Positions 1 through 12,589 of a stretch of DNA of 64,000 nt are shown in pieces. The stretch is taken from contig NC_068995.1 in assembly GCF_001194135.2 (NCBI RefSeq), forward strand, positions 35,560,476-35,624,475, written 5' to 3'. A program made the translations under genes and the position numbers. The stretch comes from Octopus bimaculoides. Lineage: Eukaryota. The notes beneath the pieces are model-generated. The model searched no databases, was not told where the DNA came from, and saw only the letters and a list, made by a program, of their open reading frames with translations. Position 1 is the stretch's first letter; every line of letters starts with the position of its first letter.

Positions 1-1266
1 CACATACATATAGAAACATACAATAAGTATACATATATGCAATATGCACCCGTATATTCAAACACATAAATTCACGTAATAGTATTTCTTTGCAAGCATG
101 TCAAAACATTTTTTTTATTTCTTTGTGATAAAATTCGGTCTGTGGATCCATGAATATCAATAGTCATATAGAAACTCGTAACTGAAGATCATGTATATAA
201 TTATTCACTTTCCAATGTATTTGGATTTAATTAGAAAAGTATAAGTAATATAGCTAATCATATGAGACAATGCTGTATCAGTGTGCCATTTTAAAGAGAA
301 ATTTGTTTCTTCCCAAATTGCGAACAGCAATCCAATAAAGAACACTTAGTATCAACTAGTTTAATCCGCTATCCGCAAAATTATAAAATGGATCATATCT
401 ATAAATTTGGAAAGTTTAATTGGAAAAGAAATAAACATTTCACAAATACTAAAATTGTGTAGCTAAAATAATGTAAAAGACAAGTAACAGTGTACAAAAA
501 AATCCGGAGCTAAATAATAAGTAAATATTCAAAGAGTAATCCGAAAAACATTCGGGAAGCTGAATATAACTACTGGATTAAACAGATATCTCTTGCTTCA
601 GAGAAACAAAAACAAATGCAAAATCCCCAGGCTGATATCACAGAAACAAATTATTATATATTGCTGTAGGTTAAGCGAGATTTCAAACCATTTTCTTTTC
701 AATCCCATATCCTCATTCAGGATTGATAAAAATAGGATTTCCGGAAAATTATAACATGTCAAATAGTGATGTATTGACCATTTCGACATAAATGGTCAAT
801 GATAGAAGTCAGCATATCTTACAGAGAAGTGGCAAGACAATTTCAACGGTGAAGTAAAGAAAAATAACATTATATATCAAGCTATTCATATCGAAATGCC
901 AAGGAAAATGACATTCTGTTTGCCAAATAATAGCATTATAGAACTGCATTGTCAACTGGATGTTTGCATTTCCTCGTCTCGCATCACTGAATGCAAACAA
1001 TAATCCTTAGCATTGAAACTATTCTTCCATATTATCGTGTAGGTCCAATCCATCTCCGGTAAGAAATCTGAGATATCGGTTAGCTAGTTAATATTTATAA
1101 CAATATATGTAGGTGTACGTATATGGAAGTCAGTGTAGATAAATAAAGTTTAGCAGCAGGGGGTCACTGCCTATCATTTATAGATGTAATTTTCATATTA
1201 TTTACAAGCACAGTCATCTGTTAGAGTACACACACAACACATATACATATATGGATACACACGCTT

Positions 1267-1344
<78 letters not shown>

Positions 1345-1364
1345 TCATACATACATACATACAT

Positions 1365-1397
<33 letters not shown>

Positions 1398-1406
1398 TAT
1401 ATATAT
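1267..1406. repeat. Compound microsatellite (AC)n-(AT)n-(ACAT)n-(AC)n
   Basis: Seen directly in the sequence. Confidence 0.95.
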
Positions 1407-2475
1407 GTATGTATGCGCGCAGTATTATAGATTTATATACAGTCAAAAGTTATTGATAGTTTCGTACATAAATCTTCCACAGAAAGACGGAATACCTAAG
1501 CACTCATCAGAGATGGGCGGGCAGAAATGTGTGGCTTCGGCTCTTTTGTATTTAAGGTTTGAAAGAAAACACCGGGTCAATATGTCAGAGCGTTTTGCTT
1601 ATGTTAAAAACCGGAGCAAAAAGAAATGAAAAAGTAACCGAAAATTAAATAGGAAAACATATAAAACTGAGTCCTGTTCTACCCTAGTTAATCAAATTCA
1701 CACCCTGTGATCAAAACTGGAGAGGAAGCTATGTACTTCTTTGTACTTCTTTGTATGTGGAGCAGAGTTAAGAGATAAGGAAAGGCGTCGAGAGAAGAGG
1801 GGGATGAAAGTTGAAAGGGAGAAGGTATTGTAAACCGGTTTGAAGAAGTGTTGTATATCTGGGTATGTTTTTGTTTATGTATTTGTTGTGTGAAAAATAT
1901 TTTAAAAGGGTGAGGGCAAGATGATAAAAGAAGGAATAGTGATAGGGGAAATATAGGGAGGTGAAGTGAAAGAGAGAGAGATATGCGGTGGGAAAAATGC
2001 TCATTTGGAATACTTCTGTCTCTTGATATATTCATTCCTTTTGACATTTTCTCCTTCCTTCCAAACTCTTCGATGTATATATACATTTCTCTCTTCCAGC
2101 TATCTTCAGACCCTCCTTTTCTCTTCTTCTTTCACCAATTTTCTCTCTGTTTACCATAATTAGCCCTTCCATTTCTCACCCCTTTGTTAACTCCAGTTTT
2201 CCCTCGCTTTCACTGCAGCTCTAACTCTACTTCACTCACATATATGGAAAACAGTTTTTACTGCAGTCTGACTCACGGAGTGAATTTAACCTATCAGACC
2301 ACTCGAAGGGATATAAGTCTGGAAGGCCTAGATCCAGCTTCACACATCGCCATTTTGCATTTGCTTCTTCTTTTGACCATCTCTGTTTTGTTTTGTTTTT
2401 TCTTTCTTTTGTGTCAGATTTTGTGCCACAAAAACTGCCTGGTAATTTGTTAGAAGCAACAATTTTAATACAGTA

Positions 2476-2689
2476 AAGGAGCAAGCTGGCATAATCGATA
2501 GCACGCCGGAAAAATGCTTAGCGGCATTTTGTCCGTCTTTACGTTCTGAGTTCAAATTCCGCCGAGGTCTACTTTACCTTTCATCCTTCCAGGCTCGATT
2601 AAACAAATACAAGTTGAACACTGGGGTCAGTGATAGCGATATATCCCATCACAGAAATGTTGGACTTTGCGCCAAACTTTGAAACTAAT
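2476..2689 (+). mobile_element. tRNA-derived SINE, family A
   Basis: A-box-like TGGCATAATCG and B-box GAGTTCAAATT (2548-2558). Body shared with about 15 other copies in the window. 14-bp TSD ATTTTAATACAGTA at 2462-2475 and 2690-2703. Confidence 0.85.
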
Positions 2690-2880
2690 ATTTTAATACA
2701 GTATTTCCCATATTTCTATGATGAATGGTGACGTCTTCATGGAAGTCCGATATTCCTGTATCCCAGTGCATTACATTTCTGCCAATGCAATGATCTCACC
2801 TATTTCAGTTCAGAGTCTTTAAATTTCCGAGTCTGAACTGTAAAGAGTAAAAGTTGAAATATCATTTAATATTTTAATAG

Positions 2881-3473
2881 CTAGTAGCAAAAAGAACACA
2901 AACGCCGCTACGATAAAATGTGTATGAATCTTCATTGGCTCTTATGCTGTAAATACCAATATGAAGTAACAGAGAACTGGTACGAGCATGTACCAAGTAA
3001 AGTTATGCAGGAGGATGGAAAAGTAACGATACTCTGGGACTATGATTTTCAGACGGATCGTGTAATCGAACACCGTCAGCTGGATATTGTCATATTGAAT
3101 AAGAGAGACAAATACTGTCAGGTCATTGATGCAGCCATACCAAATGACATAAATGTTGTGAGTAAAGAGGTTGAAAAATTCACCAAGTACTCCGAGCTGA
3201 AAGTAGCAATGGCATGACTGTATAGAATGCAAGAGGGTAATGTAAACTTAATACCAGTGGTGATCGGAGCGTCGGGATCAATCCCATTGAAACTTCAAAA
3301 CTTCTTAAGCCAACTGGAAATCACATGCAAGATTAATGTCTTGCAAAAATCAGCCTTATTGAGGACAGCGCACATCTTAAGGAAAGTATTATCTGTCTGA
3401 GGTCCTTGTTGTGACTTGACAGATGACTAAAGACTCCGGTGCATTTCTACCTACACTGTGTTACGAAGGAATG
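2881..3473 (+). mobile_element. R4/Dong-type LINE, 3' fragment (restriction-like endonuclease domain + 3' UTR)
   Basis: Translates to KRRYDKMCMNLHW...ILWDYDFQTDRVIEHRQLDIVI...VIDAAIP...KEVEKFTKYSEL...IPVVIGASG...LLRTAHILRKVLSV*. These match the RHD, PD..D and K motifs of RLE-class LINEs. Ends in (AAT)n. Confidence 0.85.
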
Positions 3474-3478
3474 ATAAC

Positions 3479-3530
<52 letters not shown>

Positions 3531-3551
3531 GTAATAGTAATGATAATGATA

Positions 3552-3591
<40 letters not shown>

Positions 3592-3615
3592 GGAGGAGGA
3601 GGAGGAGGAGGAGGA
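3474..3615. repeat. Compound trinucleotide microsatellite (AAT)n-(GAT)n-(GAG)n
   Basis: Seen directly in the sequence. Confidence 0.95.
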
Positions 3616-4203
3616 TAAAATCTGTCTTCTCTCAGTTCAGTCAAGTTGTCTACTGAAGAAAGCGCGTTTTGTTTACCCGTGCAACGAATGATGCAGTATG
3701 ATTCTATATTTAGAGAAATGGTCAACTGCATTCTATCTGATAATGGGAGACTATAGCGAATTCTGCAGACCTTACAGTGTTCAACTAATTGAAATCTTTA
3801 ATCTATGCCACTGTAGTTGACAGAGTCGGTTATCACTTAGTATCGATTAATGAGAAAATCAAAATATTTGTATGTCAATAGTTGCAATTTCCATTAGTCT
3901 AGACATGATTGCAGCTCTAAGAGTTTTTATCGTTAACGTTCTATCCTCAATAATGCATAAATACACGCTCGTGCGCGTACGACACAACACACATACGCTC
4001 ACACTTTTGGATGGCCATTGACTGAGTGTATCCGCCGTTCGAGAAATTTTGGTTTTCGTTATTTAGGGTGTCCAACATAAACAACCCTCCCCATCATACA
4101 GGTTTGGTGTGGGTTAACAGTTTAGTCCCCGAGTATCCAAACATGACATAAATTCTACTGGGTTAAATGTTACTACTACTACTACTATTACTACTACTAC
4201 TAC

Positions 4204-4253
<50 letters not shown>

Positions 4254-4258
<5 letters not shown>

Positions 4259-4563
4259 ATACAAAGACCTGGAAATAGAGGTAACTCGAATGTGGAATCT
4301 AAAAATAAACAATTCCTATCATAGTAGGTGCCTTAGGTATAATAAAAAATATTCAGACAAATACATAACAAAAACACTAGGACTTACAAATATATATAAC
4401 ATACAGAAAATTGAACTACTGGGCACTGCACACATCCTACACAAAACGCTTTCAATACAGTAACCATAAGAGCATCATAGCAAACCACAGCACATACCCA
4501 AGGCACACAGAGATGCGCTCGGTAGTGAAGTGAAAGCACGTTATAAAAATAAAACTACTGAAC
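4254..4563 (+). mobile_element. R4/Dong-type LINE, short 3' fragment embedded in (AAT)n
   Basis: TKYKDLEIEVTRMWNLK...IQKIELLGTAHILHKTLSIQ* followed by a ~100-bp 3' UTR. (AAT)n arrays lie on both sides (4204-4253 and 4564-4692). Confidence 0.85.
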
Positions 4564-4591
4564 AATAATAATAATAATAATAATAAAAATG

Positions 4592-4682
<91 letters not shown>

Positions 4683-4692
4683 TAATAATAAT

Positions 4693-5340
4693 CAAGAGAG
4701 GAATTTTCCTCTTTAATATTTGTCTTATGCTTGATCCCTCTCAGTTTAGTATTAAGGAAGGCAAAGGTAGAGTATCAGTTCAGAAATAGTAAGAGAAAAA
4801 TAGACCATTTGCTCTACATGGATGACCTGAATCTTTTTAGTAAGAATGAAAAAGAGATAGATTCCTTAATACAGTCTATAAGACTCATCAGCAAATACAT
4901 AGGCATGGAATTTGGCATATATAAGTGTGCAATATTAGTCATGAGAATGGGACAGGTAGTCAACAGTGAAAGCATCCAATTACCAGATGGCCAGACATTA
5001 AGATCTTTGAAAGGAGAGAGTTATAAGTATCTAGCAGTATTAGAATCTGACAGAGTACTAACTATAGAAATGGAAACGAAAATTGAGGAATACATCAATA
5101 GGGTGAGGAAATTAACCAAGTCAAAGGTAAATGGTTCGAAGTTAGTGAAGGCTATAAATACTTCGGCAGTATCATTGTTTGGATACTCAACAGCTTTTGT
5201 AGATTGGACAAAAACTCAATTAGTAAGGCTAGACAGGAGAACTAGGAAGGAATTCAATATAAATGGCAGACTCCATCCAAGGGCAGGAGTAGCAAGATTA
5301 TACTTCCCTAGAAAGAAGGCAGAAGCGGGTTAATATCTGT
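4693..5340 (+). mobile_element. R4/Dong-type LINE, reverse transcriptase fragment
   Basis: ORF 4731-5333 has HLLYMDDL (YxDD), GMEFGIYKCA, YKYLAVLE and ARLYFPRK, with an RGIF remnant upstream. Starts immediately after (AAT)n. Confidence 0.9.
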
Positions 5341-5685
5341 AGTAGCGGCTGATTTTCACGATGGGTTCGACCGATTGCTAGATCTGTCATACATGTGGCA
5401 GCGATAACTTTCTAAATTATTTGACGCAACGAGTTAGTAATGTCCAAAGATTGAAATAGTTTGGGCAGAACATTTTCATCTCTCTGTACTCATCTGGGAC
5501 AGTCTCGTCTGACTGCTCTTTCACATCTGTAGTATCATTCAGTTGCATTGACAAGCTAAGGTATCTGGAAGTTATCCCTTGCAGTTTCTTGCCCGAGAGT
5601 CCTGCAGAACAGACCAGCCCGTTTTCTCATTGATATCCAGTTATCCTAAAGATGCATTCGCTCATTCTCACCGCTAGGTTTCTAC

Positions 5686-5890
5686 ATATTGGTTTCAAAT
5701 TTTCGTATAACGCCAGCAATTTCGAGGAGTGAGTAAGCAGATTACATCGACCTCAACTGGTACTTATTTCATTGACCCCAAAAGGATGAAAGACAAAGTT
5801 GACCTCAGCAGAATCTGAACTCAGAGCGTAAAGCGAACGAAATGGCGCTGAACATTTTGCCCAGCGTGTTAACAATTCTGCCAGCACGCC
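5686..5890 (-). mobile_element. tRNA-derived SINE, family A
   Basis: Reverse complement of the family A body (GGTACTTATTT...AAAGGATGAAAG.CAAAGTTGACC...GAACTCAGA...CTGCCAGC). Confidence 0.85.
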
Positions 5891-7059
5891 TATATATTAC
5901 CAAAGTGAAATTCTGCTGAACAGAATGAGAATCATGATCATCTGTCGCGATACCTGATGCAATTCATGACGTCAGATGCCTAGCCACTCGCCAGTCAGCT
6001 TAAATTTTGTATCTCTAGTATTTCAAGAATGCAAATTTTGTCTACATTAGACAAAGCAGTACCTATCAAACATCAGATGCTAATATCTGACGATACATCT
6101 ACCACCCTCAACATCGCATGCGCCGGTCAATATAAACCTGCATTGGTTTTATTTTCTTATCTGAGTTTCAACACACTTGACCAACTCGGAGAGAGTATTG
6201 TATGGTTGTGACAGGAGACTCAAAAGACCGCAACGTTGTAGCCACTTTACTAAGCAAAACTTTAAACCAACTTATGATGTTATGGAGTATTTCTTATTGT
6301 TTCAGATTTTCAGATGCCATAGCATAAGCAGTAATCATATACACTCATAAAAATCAGCAATAACGTTTATATTGTAATTGTGAAACTTCGGGGTATGTTA
6401 AATACTGGATCTAAAATCCATCAAAAGTTGTAATGAAGGTTGAGGTTTCATGCAAATCACAAATGCTGTGTAATTCTCTTTTTTGTTAGCTATCGAATCC
6501 AATATTCTGGTGAGACCCTTCATGAAGTAAGACATCAACATAAAGAGTAATCATCTGCAAAAGTGATTCGCAATTCTGACGTAGAAACAGAATTAATTAT
6601 TAGTTTAACAAGATCTCATATAAAATTGCAGGGAACTAGTAATTTTGTGTAAATCAGTGGGCTTTGCATTAAGATCAACATATCTAGTGAGGGCCATTTT
6701 TCAGACTATCACAAGTGAATGCTAATTAAGTTCTTTCAGAAATTCTCAGATATACTTCGACACTTTTCTTTATCATTTTGGTCAGGAGGGAAGAAGTGTT
6801 CGTGACGGAGCCTCTGAGAATGGCTATGAGAGAGAAGGAGAAAGATATCCTGAAACTGGATATCTGTCCCCAGCGCTTGCAAAAGACGAAATTCCCTTAA
6901 AGTCACCCAAAGTGCTGGGTGATGGTGTGAAACCTGGCGTCTTGTTAAGTCTACTAACCAAGTAGGCCATAGCAGAATTTGTGCTCAGAACGCAAAAGAG
7001 CCAAAACAAATACCGCAAGGCCCCCAGTCAGACGGTCTTACAGTCTCACCAGTCCACCG

Positions 7060-7140
7060 ACTTGGGTTGGTTGTATTTTATCGGCCGCCGAAAGAACGGA
7101 AGATAAAGTTAAACTTGCTGGAATTTCAAGTGCAATGAGT
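7060..7140 (-). mobile_element. Decayed family A SINE fragment
   Basis: Partial by-eye similarity to the family A core. Confidence 0.45.
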
Positions 7141-8505
7141 CGGAACAAATACTATGATGCATTTTATCAAATATTTTATGTAATCAAAACCTAATTATTC
7201 CATTTTTAATTCCGTTTATAAGATACACTCCTAAATATCAAAAATTAATTATTTTTGTGACATAATGACCACTTTTAACTAATTATTAATCTATTAAGTA
7301 TTTATTCAAGTAAACGATGTTATTATCCTGCAGAAACAGCATACAAAGGTTAAGTAGATAATCTCTTTATGTAAAATGTGTAGGCAGGCAACTCCATTAA
7401 GTAGTGTAATTAACTATTAAGAATGGAGATTTTCTTCTTCCTGTCAACTATATGATTCATAATTAATAAATTAATTAATTAGTAAAGAATTTGTGTATCA
7501 AGCTATCACTTAAGACCGTGGTGAATCACGAGGAAATAAATTTATTAATAATTAGAATCACGTCATGAATTCATTGTAAATATAAAAATGAAATTCGAGA
7601 ATGATGATGGTACAATCAATGAAACCGAAATCCCTCGGATTTATGTTGTCCAGTTTTGATACTATGACTTGAGATTATACATAAGAACTGATATCGATAT
7701 CGATGGCAGCGTATGAGTATGATTATATGTGTGTGTGTGTGTCTGTATGTTTGCGTATATCTGTACGTGTATGTGTTTAGACATTGATGTATATGCGAAG
7801 ATAAATATATCTACTTATGTATGCATGGTAGATATATTTATCGCTTCCTTATTCTTTCCTTATATATATATATATATATATATATATNNNNNNNNNNNNN
7901 NNNNNNNNNNNNNNNNNNNNNNNNNNNNNNNNNNNNNNNNNNNNNNNNNNNNNNNNNNNNNNNNNNNNNNNNNNNNNNNNNNNNNNNNNNNNNNNNNNNN
8001 NNNNNNNNNNNNNNNNNNNNNNNNNNNNNNNNNNNNNNNNNNNNNNNNNNNNNNNNNNNNNNNNNNNNNNNNNNNNNNNNNNNNNNNNNNNNNNNNNNNN
8101 NNNNNNNNNNNNNNNNNNNNNNNNNNNNNNNNNNNNNNNNNNNNNNNNNNNNNNNNNNNNNNNNNNNNNNNNNNNNNNNNNNNNNNNNNNNNNNNNNNNN
8201 NNNNNNNNNNNNNNNNNNNNNNNNNNNNNNNNNNNNNNNNNNNNNNNNNNNNNNNNNNNNNNNNNNNNNNNNNNNNNNNNNNNNNNNNNNNNNNNNNNNN
8301 NNNNNNNNNNNNNNNNNNNNNNNNNNNNNNNNNNNNNNNNNNNNNNNNNNNNNNNNNNNNNNNNNNNNNNNNNNNNNNNNNNNNNNNNNNNNTTCTCTAT
8401 TCCAAATCTTCAGTCCGATATTCTGATAAATTTGAAAGTGTCTCTAAAAGAATTCACGGTAATCTTTGGCCATGCGACACCAAAAATCAATTATGATTTT
8501 ATATA

Positions 8506-8543
<38 letters not shown>

Positions 8544-8546
<3 letters not shown>

Positions 8547-9708
8547 GGCTTGGGTAAAACAATGGAAACACCTAGCAGCATAGCATCATAATTTTGAAAT
8601 ATCAATAACACCCGCATAAGATTGTTTGTTTTGATTTTGGGATTTATTATTAGTGTTGCTTAATATGTTTTGTTAAAATTGCTGTTTCTTTTCAGATATC
8701 ATCCGAAAAAGGTAATTAAAATTCATTACAATGACAGACCTATCGGACTTTCAAAGAGGTCAAATTGTTGGTGCTCTTAATGGCAGGTACTAACATTATG
8801 AAAATGGACGAAACGTGTGGAAACGGACTCTTACACGAGTTGTTAGAAAGGATCACAAAAGTACAGCTCCCAAAATTACAGCAGATCTTAATGACCACCT
8901 CGAGAACCCAGTTTCCACAAAACCTGTTCGCCAGGAGCTGCACAAGGCCGGATATAACTGGAGGGCTGCAATTAGAAAACTACTACTTTCAAAACCAAAC
9001 GTTGCAGAGCGTTTAGAGTGGAGTAAGAACCTACAGAATTGGTCCCTAGAGCAATAGGAGAATGCTATTTTCCCGTACGAGTCATCCTATACCTTATTTC
9101 CGACCGCCGGTCGAGTATACATATGGGGACAGCCAAAAGAAGCTTTTGACCCAGACTGCCTTCTTACAACTCTTAAACATGGAGGATCTGTAATAATCTG
9201 GGGGGCTATGTCTTGGAAAACTGCCGGCTCAATGGTTTCCCTTCATGACAGAATTAATAGTCAAGACTATTTAATCATTTTATCTCATAAAATTCATCTT
9301 ACGTTTGCGGAACTGTTTCCGGTGGGAAACGCAATCTTTCAGGATGATAATCCACCAATTCACACAGCTAAAGTTGTTACTGAATGGCAAAGGCACGAGG
9401 AACATTCTAGTGAAGTTGAACATCTTATCTGGCCACCACAGTCCCCAGATCTCAATATTATTGAACATTTATGGTGCATTTTAGAAAAACAAGTAAGGAG
9501 TCGATATCCTCCACCATCATCACTACAAGAACTGGAGACGGTTTTAGCTGAAGAATGGACAAATATTCCTTTGGAAACAATTCAAACTTTGTATAAGTCC
9601 ATACCTCATAGAATTCAAGCTGTAATTACTGCCAAAGCGGTCCTATCTCCATATAAAATAAATTTGTTTGAAATTTTAAGGTGTTTCCATTATTTTGTCA
9701 AACCCCTG
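8544..9708 (+). mobile_element. Tc1-family DNA transposon with both TIRs, internally deleted and frameshifted
   Basis: TIRs CAGGGCTTGGGTAAAACAATGGAAACACC and GGTGTTTCCATTATTTTGTCAAACCCCTG with TA on both sides. Transposase remnants MTDLSDFQRGQIVG, FQDDNPPIH and WPPQSPDLNIIEHLW. Lacks ~120 bp of the HTH region that is present in the copy at 26666. Confidence 0.95.
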
Positions 9709-9770
9709 TATATACATATATACACACATACATGCATACATACATACATACATACATACATACATACATA

Positions 9771-9989
9771 CGAGGGGGAGGGCTAAATAGTTCCTGGCGT
9801 TAAGGGCATCACGAAAGGCCTGGTTGGGGGCCCAACATTCCGAGTTCTTTTACAGGGCTTAAAAAAACTGACGGGCTGCAGCAATAAGTGTGTATATCTG
9901 AAAAGGAAATATGTTGAATAGAATCATGATTCACTGATCCTCCTGTATTCTCTTTAACCCTAAGCCAGAGACATTTCAGCACTCCCTCG
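9771..9989. mobile_element. Mariner-derived non-autonomous element (MITE)
   Basis: TA-flanked imperfect TIRs CGAGGGGGAGGGCTAAATAGTTCCTGGC and GCCAGAGACATTTCAGCACTCCCTCG. Internal remnant of a mariner C-terminus (KKLTGCSNKCVYLKRKYVE*). Confidence 0.75.
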
Positions 9990-10811
9990 TACACGCCATA
10001 GTGCTCAGCTGTACAAATAAAGCAAATAATTTTTTTGAATATATAGTGATGTTGGAAATATTTTTAAAATTAACATCAATAGTGAATCATCAGTAGCTTT
10101 AAGACATTTTCAAAGCCAGTCATAATATATGACTGTGGTATAGGACTGGAGCATATAGAAATGGATTAAGTAGATAGTAATACAATAAGAAAATTACCTT
10201 GTACGAAAATTATCACGAGTGTGACATATAGCGATGGTACACTCCAAGATAAAAGATCGTAGAGGGCTATTGAACAACAAGTAACAGTTTAACAAAGTAG
10301 TTAAATCATTTTGATCGCTACCTATCCAAGTCACAAGTCCTGTTACGTGCTCTTATTGATTACGATCGCAAATATGGAAGCAGTCGATTATATTCACGGC
10401 AACAAAAATCCTCAGAAGGAAATGGATTAGAATTCGAACAGCTGAAGTATAAATCTAAAGCAACTGATAAAGTGGATTCATTGATTTATAAGTAAGTCAA
10501 CCGTAGTGAACAACTGTAAAAAAACAAGCTTGTGCATGGCTGATCGTTCCGGAAACAAAAATGCACTTCACTAATAAGAATAAATTCAACCTGAATGATG
10601 TGACAAAACTAACAACATTCACTGACCAAACAAGTCATACCACTCGATATTTTGAAAGGAACACCCATAATTATTACAAGACACTCGACATTTATGCGTT
10701 ATATATACTTAGTTTCATTAAGGTATCAAAGTTGTTTCTCATCCCCTTGACCACCTGAATCCAGATACTTCTATAAAAATCTCAGTTCCCCAGCATCTAT
10801 CAAAAATGATT

Positions 10812-10985
10812 GTACTCCGTCGGTTGCGACGATGAGCGTTCCACTTGATCCGATCAACGGAACCGCTTGCTCATGAAATTAACGTGCAAGCGGCTGGGCA
10901 CTCCAAAGACACGTGTGCTCTTAACATAGCTCTTAAGGAGATTCAGCGTGACACAGAATGTAACCTCACTGGCCCTTTGAGCTAC
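10812..10985 (-). mobile_element. SINE family C, 3' tail fragment
   Basis: Reverse complement matches the tails of 24830-25139 and 31485-31860 (GTCACGCTGAAT...CACGTTAATTTCA.GAGCA...GACGGAGT). Confidence 0.8.
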
Positions 10986-11598
10986 ATATACAGCTCATTC
11001 TTGTAAGCTCAGTATCGAACATATTACAATATGAAAAATACTGTGGAATTTTAACATAAATCGACGTGGAAACTATAAATGACAATTTTGTGTAAATGTA
11101 CTGTAAGTCTGAGGATTTACATCCACCCTATCAAGTGAATTATAAACATAGTAACATTTACAAAATGTGAATATCATCTGATTTGTAGAGACAGTGATAG
11201 GTTACCAATACGGATAAATATTATCATGTTCCATAATACAGGGATGCTACTGGGGTAATTTCAACATAAATATATAAATAGAAATGAATAACCTTGAAAA
11301 CTGTTTTTAAAAAAGTGATATAAAATGTCATATATCGAACAACTAAGCTCATAGCAGTTATTTTTACTACTGCTGGCTGAGACAGGACGTTTTACTTTTC
11401 CTATAAGTATGCATTATTCACTTTTTCCTTTTACACACTCTAACCACTTTATAGTCAGCCCCATGATAGTTATAACAATGCTTCACAGCAACGTTTCCCT
11501 TACTACACCCGCCAATGAACAGAAAAGTCGCAGAATCATAGAAGTTACTCTGTATGTGTGTATTAAGCCATTTTCATTATATAGGTAATGCATGTATA

Positions 11599-12510
11599 CA
11601 CTGAACCGCAAAAGAAACACAAGACGTGTGTGACTGTGAAATATGTTTTAATTTCGTGATGTCAGAGATAAATTTGGATAAATCTGATAAAGTCAATTTT
11701 TTGGATGCACATTGACCACAGTTTATGGGTCGTCATGTGTTCTGGTAGTGGGCGGATCCAGCACATCGAGATTGTACGGCGTGACATGTTCAATACCGTG
11801 TATGCCCTCCTTAGGTGTTCAAAACGGCCATACACCATCGGTACATGGAGTGCATGAGGCGATTCAGAAAACTCATTCACGCCTGTGCCCACACCCTTAG
11901 GAAAGCTACATCCAGCTCCACACGAGTTGTCAGCCTTGGGACCACCTGGTTCAGTCGGCTCTGGATTTCATCCCACAGGTGTTCAATTGGGTGCAAATGC
12001 TGAGAGCGAGCCACTGCATGGTTCTGATGTTGTGCTGACGCAGGAAGTTCATGTGACTCTGGCCGTGTGGGAGGGAGTATTGTCCTGCTGGTACATGTAG
12101 CTATGGTGACGCGCGAAAAAGGGCACAATGTAAGGTCTTAGGATCTGGTCAACGTAACGCTGCGCAGTGATGCCATTCCCTCTGCCTACACCAATCTTTT
12201 GTAACATATGGGGCCTAAATTCCTTCTTTCAGGCCTGTAGGACCCCAAACCATGATGCTCTGGCCACCCCACGCGTCTTTCTCCATGACACATGCGTCTC
12301 TCTAGCGTTCACCCCTTCTACGCCACATCTTCACTTTGCCAACCAAGGCGGAAACGGAGTACCGGCTCTCGGCAGAGAAGACTATCGACCTCCATTGTTG
12401 ATGCCGCCAATGTCGGTGCTGTGTAGCCCACTGTAGCCGTGTCTGACGGTGGTGAGCGGTGAGGACAGGCCCTCGAACAGGACGACGACAACAAGGTGTT
12501 TTTAAAACAC
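11599..12510 (-). mobile_element. Tc1-family transposon, 3' part
   Basis: Minus-strand remnants RRPVRGPVLTAHHRQTRLQWA, IVFSAESR, IMVWG, QQDNTPSHTAR, LHPIEHLWDEIQ and GGHTRY*. Terminus TA|CACTGAACCGCAAAAGAAAC at 11597-11618. Confidence 0.85.
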
Positions 12511-12589
12511 AGCAACAAATTTAACAAACGCAACAACGTGAGACAACAAGCAATCAAGCTTACCAACTTTGGAACTTGGAAACACCACG

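Noticed and set aside
773-800. 11-bp perfect hairpin ATTGACCATTT-CGACAT-AAATGGTCAAT
   Set aside because: Short enough to arise by chance in 64 kb of AT-rich DNA, with no supporting context.
541-1010. Coding-looking stretch (e.g. PKNIREAEYNYWIKQIS; NFNGEVKKNNIIYQAIH)
   Set aside because: Stops in all frames, no recognisable domain and no convincing splice pair.
2255-2320. Hammerhead-like arrangement CTGACTCAC-GGAGTG...CACTC-GAAG
   Set aside because: The core lacks CUGANGA and GAAA, and no stem I or III can be formed.
5345-5680. Moderately GC-rich stretch after the RT fragment
   Set aside because: No frame gave a motif I could recognise.
6790-7060. GC-richer ORF-like segment, possible LINE remnant
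   Set aside because: No diagnostic motif; short ORFs on both strands.
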